A stretch of 64,000 nucleotides of DNA from an uncultured delta proteobacterium (GTDB lineage: Bacteria > Desulfobacterota > Desulfobacteria > Desulfobacterales > UBA2156). Under the pieces are notes generated by a model that was not told the DNA's origin, did no database searches, and saw only the letters and a program-made list of their open reading frames with translations. The translations under genes were made by a program, and so were the position numbers. The stretch lies in NCBI GenBank assembly GCA_963736855.1, contig CAVTQK010000021.1, positions 160,001 through 224,000 of the forward strand. The letters are read 5' to 3'. Positions 31,526 through 42,227 of this stretch are shown in pieces (the first letter of the stretch is position 1; each line of letters starts with the position of its first letter).

Positions 31526-31810
31526 GTGACGGAGGGAGGCCAAAACAACGATATCTTAAAGAATCATTTGTCGGGTTCTTCCGAACAGGAATTTCATGAT
31601 GATCAGGATCTTGCCCAAGTCGTTCATCAGTATTTTCTCAAAGAGCCGGAAGCAATACAATCGGAAAATTCATCATCCATGCCCTTGAAGTCCAATCAGT
31701 CGGAAAAAGATGCAATTTATAATCTTGAAGATGTTATAGGGAACATGGATAATGCTGGTTACAGCCTTGAAAGTATCGTTGAGACCTTGTCAGAAAAAAA
31801 TGAAAAGTGA
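31526..31810 (+). CDS. Hypothetical acidic protein
   Basis: 94-aa ORF, no recognised motif. Confidence 0.4.
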   Translation: MTEGGQNNDILKNHLSGSSEQEFHDDQDLAQVVHQYFLKEPEAIQSENSSSMPLKSNQSEKDAIYNLEDVIGNMDNAGYSLESIVETLSEKNEK

Positions 31811-32024
31811 GATTTCATTTGTGCTGCTCGCCGGTGGTCATCAATACCACAAATTCATGAATGAATATCCCCACCCGTAAGATCTTTCTGGATTTCATCA
31901 TTTAATGTCAAACAAGGACTTTGCGAAAGATTGGGTCTGCCGGAGCGCCTGCGAAGACCTGCAGAAGAGAAGCGCTCGATGAGGCAAGGTTTGCGTTGGC
32001 ACTATCCGATACAGAGGATTGTTT

Positions 32025-32889
32025 ATGAAAAATAAGGATGACACCGCCAGGCCGGAGAAAATTTATAAACTTCTCATTTTTAGCTTATGTGTCGGCGCTA
32101 CTTTCGCCATCGGCTGGATCCGACTTCTGACGGCACCGGATCTTGCGCTGTCCCTATTTTATCTGTTGCCGATTTTAGTATCGGTGTGGCATCTAGGCCG
32201 GGCTGCTGGGATGCTGGTTTCGCTTTGTAGCGCTTTAGTATGGCTGTGGGCCGATCTTAAGGTGATTGATTCCTTCTACAAAACCATATATCCCTTTTAT
32301 CAATGAAACGTTTCGACTCATTGTATTTTTGTTTGTCACTTTTGTCTCTGATAAGCTCAAACTCGTTCTTGAGGATCAAAAGACTCTGGCCCGGAGCGAT
32401 TCTTTAACCGAAGTGGCGAACCGTAGGGGATTTTCCGAGTTGGCAAAGAGGGAGATGGAAAAGGCTCGTCGCAACCAAACGTCGGTTTCCGTAATTTACT
32501 TCGATGTCGACAATTTTAAGACCCTAAACGATCGATTCGGACATGCCGCAGGCGATCGCTTATTATTCGAAGTGGCAGATATACTGAAGAAAAACGTCAG
32601 GGTGATCGATGTTGTGGCCCGTCTGGGAGGGGATGAATTTTGTATCCTCCTGGGAGAAACCAGCGAGCTTGCAGCAATGGCCATATCCCGAAAGCTGCAA
32701 GGGCTTCTTATGGATCTGACAGAGAGCAGGAGATTCCCCGTGACCTTCAGTATCGGGGTTGCAACCTTCGAAAAACCGCCACAAGGAGTAGAGGACCTGA
32801 TCAGCGCGGCAGATGCCTTGATGTATGATGCTAAAAAGGCGGGCAAAAACCAGATCCGCTCTGCCGTGGTAACCCCATCCGGCGAATAA
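32025..32889 (+). CDS. Membrane-bound diguanylate cyclase, single-base frameshift near 32280
   Basis: TM N-terminus; DSLTEVANRR, DVDNFK, ARLGGDEF; removing one A from the A4 run joins both ORFs. Confidence 0.88.
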
Positions 32890-32938
32890 TCTTATTGGTG
32901 ACGCTTTTAGGCATTCAGGCGAGAAAAATTTTCACATT

Positions 32939-32978
32939 ATTGAAGATTCCCTGCAACCTCCTGCAGGGAATCTTCAAT
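32939..32978. terminator. Perfect 17-bp inverted repeat between convergent genes (terminator or REP-like)
   Basis: ATTGAAGATTCCCTGCA-acctcc-TGCAGGGAATCTTCAAT. Confidence 0.6.
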
Positions 32979-33043
32979 GTTCCATATCCGGATACAGCAA
33001 GAAGAGGTTGGAACGCAGGCAAATATTTTCTTTAGCAGTTCTC

Positions 33044-34231
33044 CTAACGCCTTCGTCGCAATCTCTCGATAGAGATTCGTATACTGTCTTGCATACGGCC
33101 TACGGCATCTGCCAGGTCTCCGATTTCGTCAGCCGTTTTCGAGCTGACTTGCGCATCCAGATCTCCTACGCTGATCCGCTCCGCAACATCGGTCAGATTC
33201 CGGATTCTTGAAACCAGCATGGTACCATACACGGAAACGATGATTCCGATGAGAACGACGGTGGCGCCTAAAATAATAAGAACGATATTCCGTGTCGTTT
33301 GGGCACGCTTATCGGTACGCGTTTCCAGTAATTTTAATTCGCGTGTAAACTCTTCCAGATCGGTTGTTGCCGCAGCGACATAGGGAGTTCCCTCGATCGG
33401 TGAGCAGATCAAAAACCGGTCTCTCATCTGGCCCGCAGGATCCTTTGCCTTGTAAAATCCCCTTGATTCGCGTTGACCCATGACGCCGGTATATATTTTC
33501 CACAGCGGGTCCGATATTTCCAGCTGCTGTTTATTTTTGCCCATGTCCATTCCGACAATCCTGGGATTCACATGGGTACGAACAGTCCACTCCCCGGCTT
33601 CTTTCTGGTCTTCCGGTGGTACCTGGTATATAAACGTAAAACCGGTCATTCCGACCTTCTGCACAGCTATCCGCTTGAAATTCAGATCATCGTTAAAGTC
33701 CGCGGGTTGCAACGCCGGGTGAGCCTGGAGAAAGATCTTGACCTGAGAGGCCACGGCTCGGGAGACGTTTGCCACTCCATCCTCGGCCAATTTGGAGACG
33801 ATCTTTGTACTCTCACCTTTTATAAGAGCGGACAGTTGGTTCAGTTGCCAGAGATAGAGGAGACTGGCCGCAATGATAAGGACGATGGGAACCAGGAGGA
33901 AAAGCAGGATCATTTTGGTGCGCAAACCGAGTGCCCTTTTTGCAGGGGATGGGGCATTATCAGCCGCATAATCGGTCGCCGGCCTTTTTGATTCTATTGA
34001 AGGTGAAGCCGGTTCGGCCACTGCCGGGGCGATGGGGGCTTTAGGGGGAGCCGGCGCTTCGATTTTGCCCAATCCGGTTTCAAATGCAGCAGGCGCTGAA
34101 GAGTCTTCCTCTGACTTTTCTACGGTAATAATATGTCCGCAGGATTTACATTTGAACTTAGCCACATTCCCTTGTATCTTTTCAGGGCTAATCCGATACT
34201 TCCTTCCGCATTCTTCACAGATAACAATCAT
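33044..34231 (-). CDS. Zinc-ribbon / TM / extracytoplasmic Cache-like / TM / HAMP protein without output domain
   Basis: CEEC-x19-CKSC, two TM segments, HAMP (ISVGDL...DEIGDLADAVGRM), stop right after HAMP. Confidence 0.9.
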   Translation of the reverse strand: MIVICEECGRKYRISPEKIQGNVAKFKCKSCGHIITVEKSEEDSSAPAAFETGLGKIEAPAPPKAPIAPAVAEPASPSIESKRPATDYAADNAPSPAKRALGLRTKMILLFLLVPIVLIIAASLLYLWQLNQLSALIKGESTKIVSKLAEDGVANVSRAVASQVKIFLQAHPALQPADFNDDLNFKRIAVQKVGMTGFTFIYQVPPEDQKEAGEWTVRTHVNPRIVGMDMGKNKQQLEISDPLWKIYTGVMGQRESRGFYKAKDPAGQMRDRFLICSPIEGTPYVAAATTDLEEFTRELKLLETRTDKRAQTTRNIVLIILGATVVLIGIIVSVYGTMLVSRIRNLTDVAERISVGDLDAQVSSKTADEIGDLADAVGRMQDSIRISIERLRRRR

Positions 34232-34269
34232 TTTTGAACCTCCTTTAACAGAGTGTAACTTCTAAAGAT

Positions 34270-35577
34270 TTATTGCTTGGGAAGAGGTTCCAGAGTCACC
34301 GGATTTTCTTCACGGGATTGCATGACTTCGATGCCTTTTTTCTCTCCGATGATCTTAAACAGATCCCATTCGTCCTTCGCTTCGCCTTTTGGTTTTCCTT
34401 CTACGATAAAGACAGAGCTGATCACCTGGTGGTCCCAATCTCGCCATTGCTCTTCGTCCTTGAGTAAAGTAAACTTGTGGCCTTCCAATTCGGGGACGAT
34501 TTTATTTGCGGCAAAGGAATTGGCCCTTTTAACGGCCGCAGCCCATTCATGAATAGCAACCCAGGCACAGGCTGCCGAAGATCCCGGTGGTTTCCCATAT
34601 TTGCTTCTGAATGCGTCTACAAATTGCTTGGTGCCCGGGAAGCGATCCTGTAATCCCCAATACCAGTTCTTGGTTGCAAGCACTCCCGCCATGGCATCAA
34701 ACCCTGCACCATGGGCCATGCCCAACTCCATGAGCGGCACAACAATTTTCATTTTATTTTTCAATCCCATTGCCTGAGCCTGCTTCAGGGCTTGAACCAC
34801 GTCATTGCCGAAAAGCACCAAGACAAGAACATCCGGCTTTGCCTTTTGGGCCTGCGTTAGCTCAGATGAATAATCTGTTTTTCCAAGGGGTGTCAGGACG
34901 GAGCCGACCGTGTCCGATCCTGCCAATTCCGTTACCCATCTTGTGGATTTCTCCAGCGAATGCCCCCAGGTATAATCCGAAGTGATGTAAAAATAAGAAG
35001 ACCCTTTTTTCATTCTCTGCACCAGATAGGGAGCCAGTGCTTTTCCAGTCATCCATGCATTGAAATACCATCGAAAGGTATTCCTGTGGGCCGTTTGTAC
35101 CGTAAAACCTGAGGCCAGCGTATCGAAGCCGGTCGTGGCATCGGAATGGGTCAGGGCCGCCATGAAGATAATGCCGCGCTCCTGGCATACTGCACTCTGG
35201 GCAACAGCCTCTGCACTGCTGGATCCCCCTGTCAGCATGACAATACCATGCTTTTCAATTAATTCGATCGCATTCTCTTTGGCCACTTTTGCATTCGTTT
35301 TCGTGTCTCGGAGGACCGGTACGATCTTTTTCCCCAACACCCCGCCCGCACTATTGATTTTCTCGATGGCCAGCTCATAAGCCATCTGCTCATCTTTCCC
35401 CTGGTCTGCATAAGAGCCTGTTAAGGGAACGTTAATGCCTATAGCAACTGTTGTTACATCATTCACGGTTTTTGTCTGGGCATCTACGGATCGAGCGAGT
35501 GTTAAAAAACACAAAAAACAGAAAAGAATCGGACTTATCATTGTCATTGAAATTCTCTTCACACGCAAAGCCTTCAT
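34270..35577 (-). CDS. Type I periplasmic binding protein (LivJ/branched-chain family)
   Basis: Signal peptide, IGINVPLTGSYA, INSAGGVLGK, DYTWG, TDYSS. Confidence 0.92.
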   Translation of the reverse strand: MKALRVKRISMTMISPILFCFLCFLTLARSVDAQTKTVNDVTTVAIGINVPLTGSYADQGKDEQMAYELAIEKINSAGGVLGKKIVPVLRDTKTNAKVAKENAIELIEKHGIVMLTGGSSSAEAVAQSAVCQERGIIFMAALTHSDATTGFDTLASGFTVQTAHRNTFRWYFNAWMTGKALAPYLVQRMKKGSSYFYITSDYTWGHSLEKSTRWVTELAGSDTVGSVLTPLGKTDYSSELTQAQKAKPDVLVLVLFGNDVVQALKQAQAMGLKNKMKIVVPLMELGMAHGAGFDAMAGVLATKNWYWGLQDRFPGTKQFVDAFRSKYGKPPGSSAACAWVAIHEWAAAVKRANSFAANKIVPELEGHKFTLLKDEEQWRDWDHQVISSVFIVEGKPKGEAKDEWDLFKIIGEKKGIEVMQSREENPVTLEPLPKQ

Positions 35578-35955
35578 TGCTCCTCCTTTTTCCCGGTTTT
35601 CAGCAGTCTTTATGGAAACCGCAAGTCCCATCTCAATCACTTAATGTCCATCATTTAACAGAAATAAAGAAAAAAAACAAGCCGGCGGTTCTGATAAAAC
35701 ATTCGATCAGACGAGGTGATAAAGTGGAGCACGCCTTCTCATTTCTATTTGATGCTATTTTACTCTCGAGATTATCTTTGCAGCTCTTCAATCGAGAACG
35801 TTCCAAGATCTATGGATATGTTAAAGGCTTTCGTGCATGAATTCTTTGGGGTTGTGGATGGAACCATTCATGCCGCTCCATTTCCGTTATTGTTTTCCGA
35901 GCATCTCTTTTCAAGGTATATCAATTTTGGAAAGGTTTGAAATATATGGTGTTCT

Positions 35956-35983
35956 TTTATAAACTTTATATGGAAAATGTCAA
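35956..35983 (-). promoter_or_regulatory. Putative sigma70 promoter
   Basis: TTGACA-N16-TATAAA on the minus strand, ~380 bp upstream of the binding-protein gene. Confidence 0.4.
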
Positions 35984-36488
35984 GAAAAAAGAACAAGAGG
36001 AAAACCTGATGGGATTATGACCTTTTCCTCGATGAAAGCGAGTTCAGGGATGCGATATTTTAAGGCTCATTTTCAACTGTTTTTGGATGCTTTTCATTGA
36101 ATCTCTCCTAAAAATCTATCCATGCTATGATAAATAGAACTCTCTGGAAGGTCGTTGCTGACCTGGTTCCTTATAAAACGGGAGGGCTAACAAAAAAAGA
36201 TATGCTGGAATTATAAAACAGGGGTCTTTTAATCTTCGAAGGGTATCAGTTGAGATTTCCAAACGTTTAATTGGTCCTTGAAACGTGCCTTTTCTGAGAT
36301 GCTATTTTTAAGGGGTTGAAATATTATTTTTTCTATGATAATCTAACAAAATATACGTATCCAAATTTGTCGGATATTCCGTATGCATTCCAAATGCAAC
36401 GGATGTCAAGCAGTCCGGGGTTACCGGATGGCAAATGTGATCTCCGAATCGAAACCGGAGCCTTTTCAATTCATGCAGGGGCACTCGG

Positions 36489-38246
36489 ATGAACCAAACA
36501 GCCCATTCGACCATGCAGGGGGCGCGCCAGGCAGTCCAAAATATTCTCGGGAGTTTGCTGCGCGCGGTTAAAAGCCATTCCCTTTATCCTGAAGGACATG
36601 ACAGACTGAGCAAGGCCGTTGAACGCGTCTATGAAGATCTGAATGGGTATCTTAAAGACCATAAGGTACTTTCTTTTGAAATCGGCAAGGATCGTCTGGT
36701 CTTTCAGGGTGAAACGATCTATTCCGCACCGGCGGAGCAGGGAAATCTCCCCTTTATTTTTTTCCGGGACGGTATCCAAACACTGGAATTCAGTGAAGGC
36801 ATCGAAGAGACGGAACTGGAAGCCTTTTTTGGGATTTTGGATCGCTATTGGATCCTTGCGGATGAGCCCGAGGGGGATTTGGTGACCGCCCTCTGGGATG
36901 CCCAACTCCCACATATTCGATATGTTGTTTCCGACGTTTTCTGGGGATCCGAGTCGGAAATGGATATAGGAGCCTTTTCGATCGGCAAAGACCTGAAAAG
37001 CGGTACAATCGGTTCGGAAAGCCTCGTTGGCGATCCAAGGCTGATTGACAGTATGACGGATACCTACGAAAATGGGCAAGGGCCGGGTGCGGATGCAAAA
37101 CGGTCAGCTTTCGGGTCGGATTTCAACTTGCCGGAGTGGATGAATCCCATCGAACCGGAGGCTGTGGAACTGAAACCGGAGGAGTCGGAGCTCCTTTTTG
37201 GCTGGGTGATTCAAGAGGAAAAAAAAGAATCTCTGAACGATTTTTTGAATGTCCTTTTCGACAGCCTTCTGGAAGTCCATGAAACCAAAGATTTTGAAGT
37301 TATCCTGGATACCATAAAAGGTGTGTTTCAGAGTCTTATCGAGCGAGGTGAATGGGATACTGCTTCCACACTTCTTAAGCAAGTCGGCGAAGCAGGCCAG
37401 CGGAATCCTAACCTGCCCCCCGAACACCAGGCCCTGGCAGAGGCGTTTTTTAAGCAGGTATCGAGTTCTCCGGTTTTAGATGCATTGGAGAAAAGACTAT
37501 TGGAAGCCCCCCAGCAGCAGCTGAAATCTATTAGAAAGATGTTGCTGCTGCTAACCCCCGATGCGATCCCAACACTTTGCGGGTTGATCACTCCGAACAT
37601 GGATTTTGGGCTCAGACAAATGACTACAGAAGTAATTGAGGTGCTCGCATCCCGGGACTTCCGCCCCCTGGAGGCTATGCTGGAAACTGTAGAAGCGACC
37701 CGGATTCAACGATTGGTCTCTATTCTGGGCCGCCTTCACGATTCGAAGATTGATACCATATTGGACGATCTGCTTCGTCACCCTTATCCCGCGGTTCGTC
37801 GGGAAGCGGCGACGGCCTTGTTGCGCCGGGATGCGGAAAACATCAGCAAAGTCTTTCCCCTCATCGAAGACGAAGACGAAGCTATCCGACGCCTGATCCT
37901 GGGTTTTATGTTGCGATTCCGGAAAACGGTCTTTGAGGATCTGATGCTGGGATATCTGAAAACCGACAGCCCGATGCAATCAGACCATGCGCATGTCTTG
38001 GCGTGTTTCAAAGCATTGGGATTTTGCGGATCCTCCCGATCCGTCCCATTTCTCGATCAGATATTGATGAAACAAAAGTGGACGGATCTGTTTCGCAATA
38101 AAAGCCGTTTTCAGGGGGCCATCCTGGCGCTTAAGGCGATCGGGACCCAGGAAGCGAGGGAGGCTCTTGAAAAGGCAGGCCGGTGCCTCATTCCAGGGAT
38201 ACGGCGTGCGGTAATGGATGCTTTAAAGGACCGGACTGTGCCATGA
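36489..38246 (+). CDS. HEAT-repeat protein
   Basis: SLYPEGH N-terminal motif; HPYPAVRREA and DEDEAIRR repeats. Confidence 0.85.
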   Translation: MNQTAHSTMQGARQAVQNILGSLLRAVKSHSLYPEGHDRLSKAVERVYEDLNGYLKDHKVLSFEIGKDRLVFQGETIYSAPAEQGNLPFIFFRDGIQTLEFSEGIEETELEAFFGILDRYWILADEPEGDLVTALWDAQLPHIRYVVSDVFWGSESEMDIGAFSIGKDLKSGTIGSESLVGDPRLIDSMTDTYENGQGPGADAKRSAFGSDFNLPEWMNPIEPEAVELKPEESELLFGWVIQEEKKESLNDFLNVLFDSLLEVHETKDFEVILDTIKGVFQSLIERGEWDTASTLLKQVGEAGQRNPNLPPEHQALAEAFFKQVSSSPVLDALEKRLLEAPQQQLKSIRKMLLLLTPDAIPTLCGLITPNMDFGLRQMTTEVIEVLASRDFRPLEAMLETVEATRIQRLVSILGRLHDSKIDTILDDLLRHPYPAVRREAATALLRRDAENISKVFPLIEDEDEAIRRLILGFMLRFRKTVFEDLMLGYLKTDSPMQSDHAHVLACFKALGFCGSSRSVPFLDQILMKQKWTDLFRNKSRFQGAILALKAIGTQEAREALEKAGRCLIPGIRRAVMDALKDRTVP

Positions 38247-38316
38247 TAAAATTCTCTGCTGACAGAACGCAGTTGTTTAATATCCAAAAAAGGGAATAAC
38301 CTAAAAAGGACACCCG

Positions 38317-39768
38317 TTGCAGGACACGAACATTTTAGGCGAAGAACTCATCCGGACCTTTTATCGGATGGTCCATACCATCGGGATTTACAAAGACAAT
38401 AACCAGATGGTGCAGGAAGCGGTATCCAAGTTTATGACCGTAGCCGGAAGCCTTGCCAAAGGGAGTGATCTGGAGATCCTCATCTGGAGGGGAAGGCTTT
38501 TTCTTCAAGGAGAAAAGCTTCCCTATCGCCGCGAGACGTTCGCCTTTATCAGCGCGTGGCTTGATTTTTTTCAAGAAAGAGACCTTTCGGGGATCCGGTT
38601 TCTCTCCAAGGTTGTAAATGCACCCCGCGGAGAATTCGTGCTTCTTGCGCGTCTGTTGAACGAGTCCATCAGTCAGGAGGAACCGGCGCCATGGCTTGAA
38701 GATCAGCTTTTTACCCGGAAGATCGACTGGGTTGAAATGATACAGGAAGTCGAAGAGCCTCTATCCAAAGAAGAAGCTAAAACACCCTCGGATGCGGATT
38801 TAGATCGGAATTTGCTCCGTAAACAGAAGGCTCGGCAAAATTACAAGCGCGCACTGGATGTGGTCAAGGAGGTTTCACAAAAAATATCCGCACAATCAAC
38901 GGTCGGAATCCGGAAAGCCAGGCGGCTGGCTCAGAATATGGTCGAATTGGTCATGGAAGACGAATCTCTGATGCACTGCATGTCTTCCATCCGGGATTAT
39001 GACGATTATACCTATACCCATTCGATAAATGTGGCGTTGCTGGCAATGTGCGTCGGCAGGCGGATCGGTCTCTCACACATCCTTCTGGAGCAGTTGGGCA
39101 TCTGCGGTATGTTTCATGATCTGGGTAAGCTGGACGTCTCCACGGATATCCTCCACAAACCCGGAAGGCTTGCACCCGAGGAATGGGAAATCATGCGGCA
39201 GCATCCTCTCATGGGCCTCATTCGTATTCTCAAGTTACGGGCACCCCCTGGAATGAAATCGAGAATCGCTCTGGGCCCCTTCGAACATCACCTGAAAATG
39301 GATTTGACCGGATATCCAAAAACCCGTTTAACCCAAAACGTCACACTTTTTGGACGGATTTTGAGTATCGTGGATACCTATGACGCAGTGACATCCCACC
39401 GCGCCTATCGTATCAGAAGCCTGATGCCCAATGAGGCGATTTGCTTCATGTGGAACCGATTGAACCGGCAGTTTGATCCGATTCTTCTAAAGGTGTTCAT
39501 CTGCATGATGGGTCCTTTTCCGGCGGGGAGCGTCGTGAAGCTAAACACCGGAGAAATGGGGATCTCTATGGGGGTTAACCCTACCTCCGAAAAACCAGGA
39601 CAGCGGGTTCTTCTACTGGTCAAAGATGAAATGGGCAGCTACCGAAAAGGAGAAATCCTGAATCTTGATGAACCGGAAAAAGGGAAGAAAGCAACAGCTA
39701 AACGGATCCATTCTAGTATTCCTTCCTCCAGCATCGGTATTCAGCCTGCTGAGTTTCTCCTGCAGTAA
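38317..39768 (+). CDS. HD-GYP domain protein (probable c-di-GMP phosphodiesterase)
   Basis: YTYTHSINV, FHDLGK, EHH...TGYP, IVDTYDA, RAYR. Confidence 0.92.
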   Translation: MQDTNILGEELIRTFYRMVHTIGIYKDNNQMVQEAVSKFMTVAGSLAKGSDLEILIWRGRLFLQGEKLPYRRETFAFISAWLDFFQERDLSGIRFLSKVVNAPRGEFVLLARLLNESISQEEPAPWLEDQLFTRKIDWVEMIQEVEEPLSKEEAKTPSDADLDRNLLRKQKARQNYKRALDVVKEVSQKISAQSTVGIRKARRLAQNMVELVMEDESLMHCMSSIRDYDDYTYTHSINVALLAMCVGRRIGLSHILLEQLGICGMFHDLGKLDVSTDILHKPGRLAPEEWEIMRQHPLMGLIRILKLRAPPGMKSRIALGPFEHHLKMDLTGYPKTRLTQNVTLFGRILSIVDTYDAVTSHRAYRIRSLMPNEAICFMWNRLNRQFDPILLKVFICMMGPFPAGSVVKLNTGEMGISMGVNPTSEKPGQRVLLLVKDEMGSYRKGEILNLDEPEKGKKATAKRIHSSIPSSSIGIQPAEFLLQ

Positions 39769-39836
39769 GCAAGCAGGGGGGTCCCTTCAGGCCATCGTTT
39801 TACCCGATGAAATCGCATTCTGCATCAGACGGAAGA

Positions 39837-41339
39837 CTATTTTTGAGGCGCAATAAGGATAGGGTACCGACGAAACGCCCACCAGTCAGCCAGTTCCGCC
39901 AGGGACTTTTCCATCATGTAACGGCCGTCCGCAAAGACGGCGTAATCCCCCCCGCCCCCCATGGCCGAGGCAAAGCGAATGGTGTTGGCGTAAAATAGCC
40001 AGGTGTCGCTCCATTTTTTTTCAATCGCCTCGTCGAAAGGATTTTCTTTTCCGTCAGCCAGCCCTGTTTCCCAAATTTTCTCCATCAACTGCGTGGCAAC
40101 CCGCGTATCCAAGTTGGTTTTGGACACCGTATTTTCTAACCGGTTCCAGAATCCATTGACCCAGGATCTGTCATGACAGTTCAAACAGACCGCCTGCATG
40201 GTTTCCGTGCGTTGGAGGCGTTCCTTTTCGTCGATGAGGTGCGCTGAAGCGAATTCCCCGTTGAGATCGGTGGGGAGTGGGAGCCCTTCCTTGTTTCGAA
40301 TGCTCGTAGTGTCCGGACCTTTGGGGTGAGGATGCGCATAGATCAGGCCAAAAAGCCGCCAGGGAAGACGGTTGCTCATCTGGTGGGAACGTTCGGAGAC
40401 CGCCGTACCGTCTTGATTGACCAGAAGACTGATGTGGCAAGTCGCGCAGGTGGGTGCCGTGAAATCTTTACCGATGGTCCATGGGACGCCGGTAAATTCC
40501 CACGACGACCCGTGGGATGAAAATAAGTTGCCGTGCTTGCTTGCTTCATATATCTTGAAGGCCGGCACATCAGGCCCCACGTGGCATTCTTTGCAAGTAT
40601 ACGGCTTTCGCGCCGTTTCGATGGAAAAAAGATGACGGGTGTGGCATGCCGAGCAAGCCCCTTTGCTGCCGTCGAGATTGATCCTGCCGACACCCTGGTT
40701 GGGCCATCCCCGAATGACGGGAAACTCCAGTTCGCCGGCCAGATCCGTTGTACGTTTCTCGGTTCCTTCCAACGATAGGCGGGTGCCGTGGCAGTAATAG
40801 CAGGCTTCTTCCCGGGTGCCGGCATCGGATCTTTCATGCCGGATCCGATCTTTGACGAAAGTGGGTTGACCGAGGATGCTCAGTTCGAGTTTCTGATACA
40901 ATGCGTTTTCAGCAAGATTGGCATAAGCGTGCGACATGAGGTTTTTAGAGTACTGCTCGGCTTCGACCGAATGGCAGGTCCTGCAGTCTTGCGGGCTGAC
41001 CACTACGTGAATTGTATGACCATTGTGTTCGAAGCTGTCCTTATGGGCATCAGACCTAAGACCGTGACACTCTGCGCAACCCACGAATGTCGTCTTGAGC
41101 GAATTCGGGATAGAGTCGCTGGATACTTTCCTGGATAAACCCTGGACCGAAGCGGCGTCCCCGGGTATCACCTGGGCGTGGCGGCTTTTTTTCCATTCGG
41201 CAACGATGCCGGGGTGAAGCGATGCATGGCAGTCCAGGCATTCGGAGGTCGCATCGCTGACAGGGGTTTCGGCGGAAATTATCAGGGTAGGAAAGAGAAG
41301 TACTAAGGAAAGAATCATCCATAAAAAAAATGGTTTCAT
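39837..41339 (-). CDS. Octaheme cytochrome c, hydroxylamine oxidoreductase-like
   Basis: Signal peptide; eight CxxCH motifs (CLDCH, CAECH, CRTCH, CYYCH, CSACH, CKECH, CATCH, CLNCH). Confidence 0.92.
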   Translation of the reverse strand: MKPFFLWMILSLVLLFPTLIISAETPVSDATSECLDCHASLHPGIVAEWKKSRHAQVIPGDAASVQGLSRKVSSDSIPNSLKTTFVGCAECHGLRSDAHKDSFEHNGHTIHVVVSPQDCRTCHSVEAEQYSKNLMSHAYANLAENALYQKLELSILGQPTFVKDRIRHERSDAGTREEACYYCHGTRLSLEGTEKRTTDLAGELEFPVIRGWPNQGVGRINLDGSKGACSACHTRHLFSIETARKPYTCKECHVGPDVPAFKIYEASKHGNLFSSHGSSWEFTGVPWTIGKDFTAPTCATCHISLLVNQDGTAVSERSHQMSNRLPWRLFGLIYAHPHPKGPDTTSIRNKEGLPLPTDLNGEFASAHLIDEKERLQRTETMQAVCLNCHDRSWVNGFWNRLENTVSKTNLDTRVATQLMEKIWETGLADGKENPFDEAIEKKWSDTWLFYANTIRFASAMGGGGDYAVFADGRYMMEKSLAELADWWAFRRYPILIAPQK

Positions 41340-41519
41340 AGCAGACTCCATGAATCAGGGCATCGGAATTTTTAAAGGGAACCCGAATATAGATTAGCCT
41401 GAATCAGTGCGGAATTCAAACAGATATTCCCCGGTGAAAACCCTCAGGAATTAAAGAGAGCCTCCGCTCAGGGAGGTTGCCACCCTATCCCGGCTGAATT
41501 TGTCCTGAATCAGGCAACG

Positions 41520-42227
41520 CTATCCTTTGCTGATCTTAATCTCCACCCGTCGGTTCTTTTGGCGTCCTTGAGGGTCATCGGATCCATCGGTTCGGGCGTT
41601 GGGGGCGATGGGCCTGGCCTCGCCGAAACCTGCGGTCTGAATTATTTCCGACAGGATGCCTCCTTTTGAGACGAGCCAAGCCTTAACGGAATCCGCCCGG
41701 CGCTTGGAAAGCTTCAGATTGTAGTCCTCGGAGCCTTTGGCATCCGTATGACCGGAGATTATCACTGCTGGGCTTTTGCACGCCAGAATAACGCCGGCCA
41801 CCTTTATCAGGATTGCTTCTGCATCCGGACGGATATCCGTTTTGTCGAAGTCAAACAGGACATCCCCCGAAAGCTCGATCTGAAACTCGGTCGGAGTCTC
41901 CTTTGCTCCCAGGTCCTTGAGTATCGTTTTAAGGTCAGAGACGCCGGCGATAATTTTCTTTGAAGGGATACCCACTATGGCTACACTTCGGGAACTGATC
42001 GACTTCGCCCCTCGGTCGGGTCCCATCGTCTTCAATGAGGACACGGCTTTTTCATGGGCCGCACTCGGGATGATCAGATCCGCTCCATCTTCACCGGCCC
42101 TTGCATCGGATGCAAATCCCTGCAACATTCCGAGGATCATCCAGATGCTCAACAAAAATACCCCAATCCGGCAATGTTGTTTTCGAGGTCTGCTATTTTC
42201 CAAGGGAAACCTCTTCGAAGGGGGCAA
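41520..42227 (-). CDS. OmpA C-terminal domain protein; start uncertain
   Basis: VLFDFDK, GHTDAKG, NLKLSKRRA, NRRVEI. Confidence 0.92.
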   Translation of the reverse strand: MPPSKRFPLENSRPRKQHCRIGVFLLSIWMILGMLQGFASDARAGEDGADLIIPSAAHEKAVSSLKTMGPDRGAKSISSRSVAIVGIPSKKIIAGVSDLKTILKDLGAKETPTEFQIELSGDVLFDFDKTDIRPDAEAILIKVAGVILACKSPAVIISGHTDAKGSEDYNLKLSKRRADSVKAWLVSKGGILSEIIQTAGFGEARPIAPNARTDGSDDPQGRQKNRRVEIKISKG

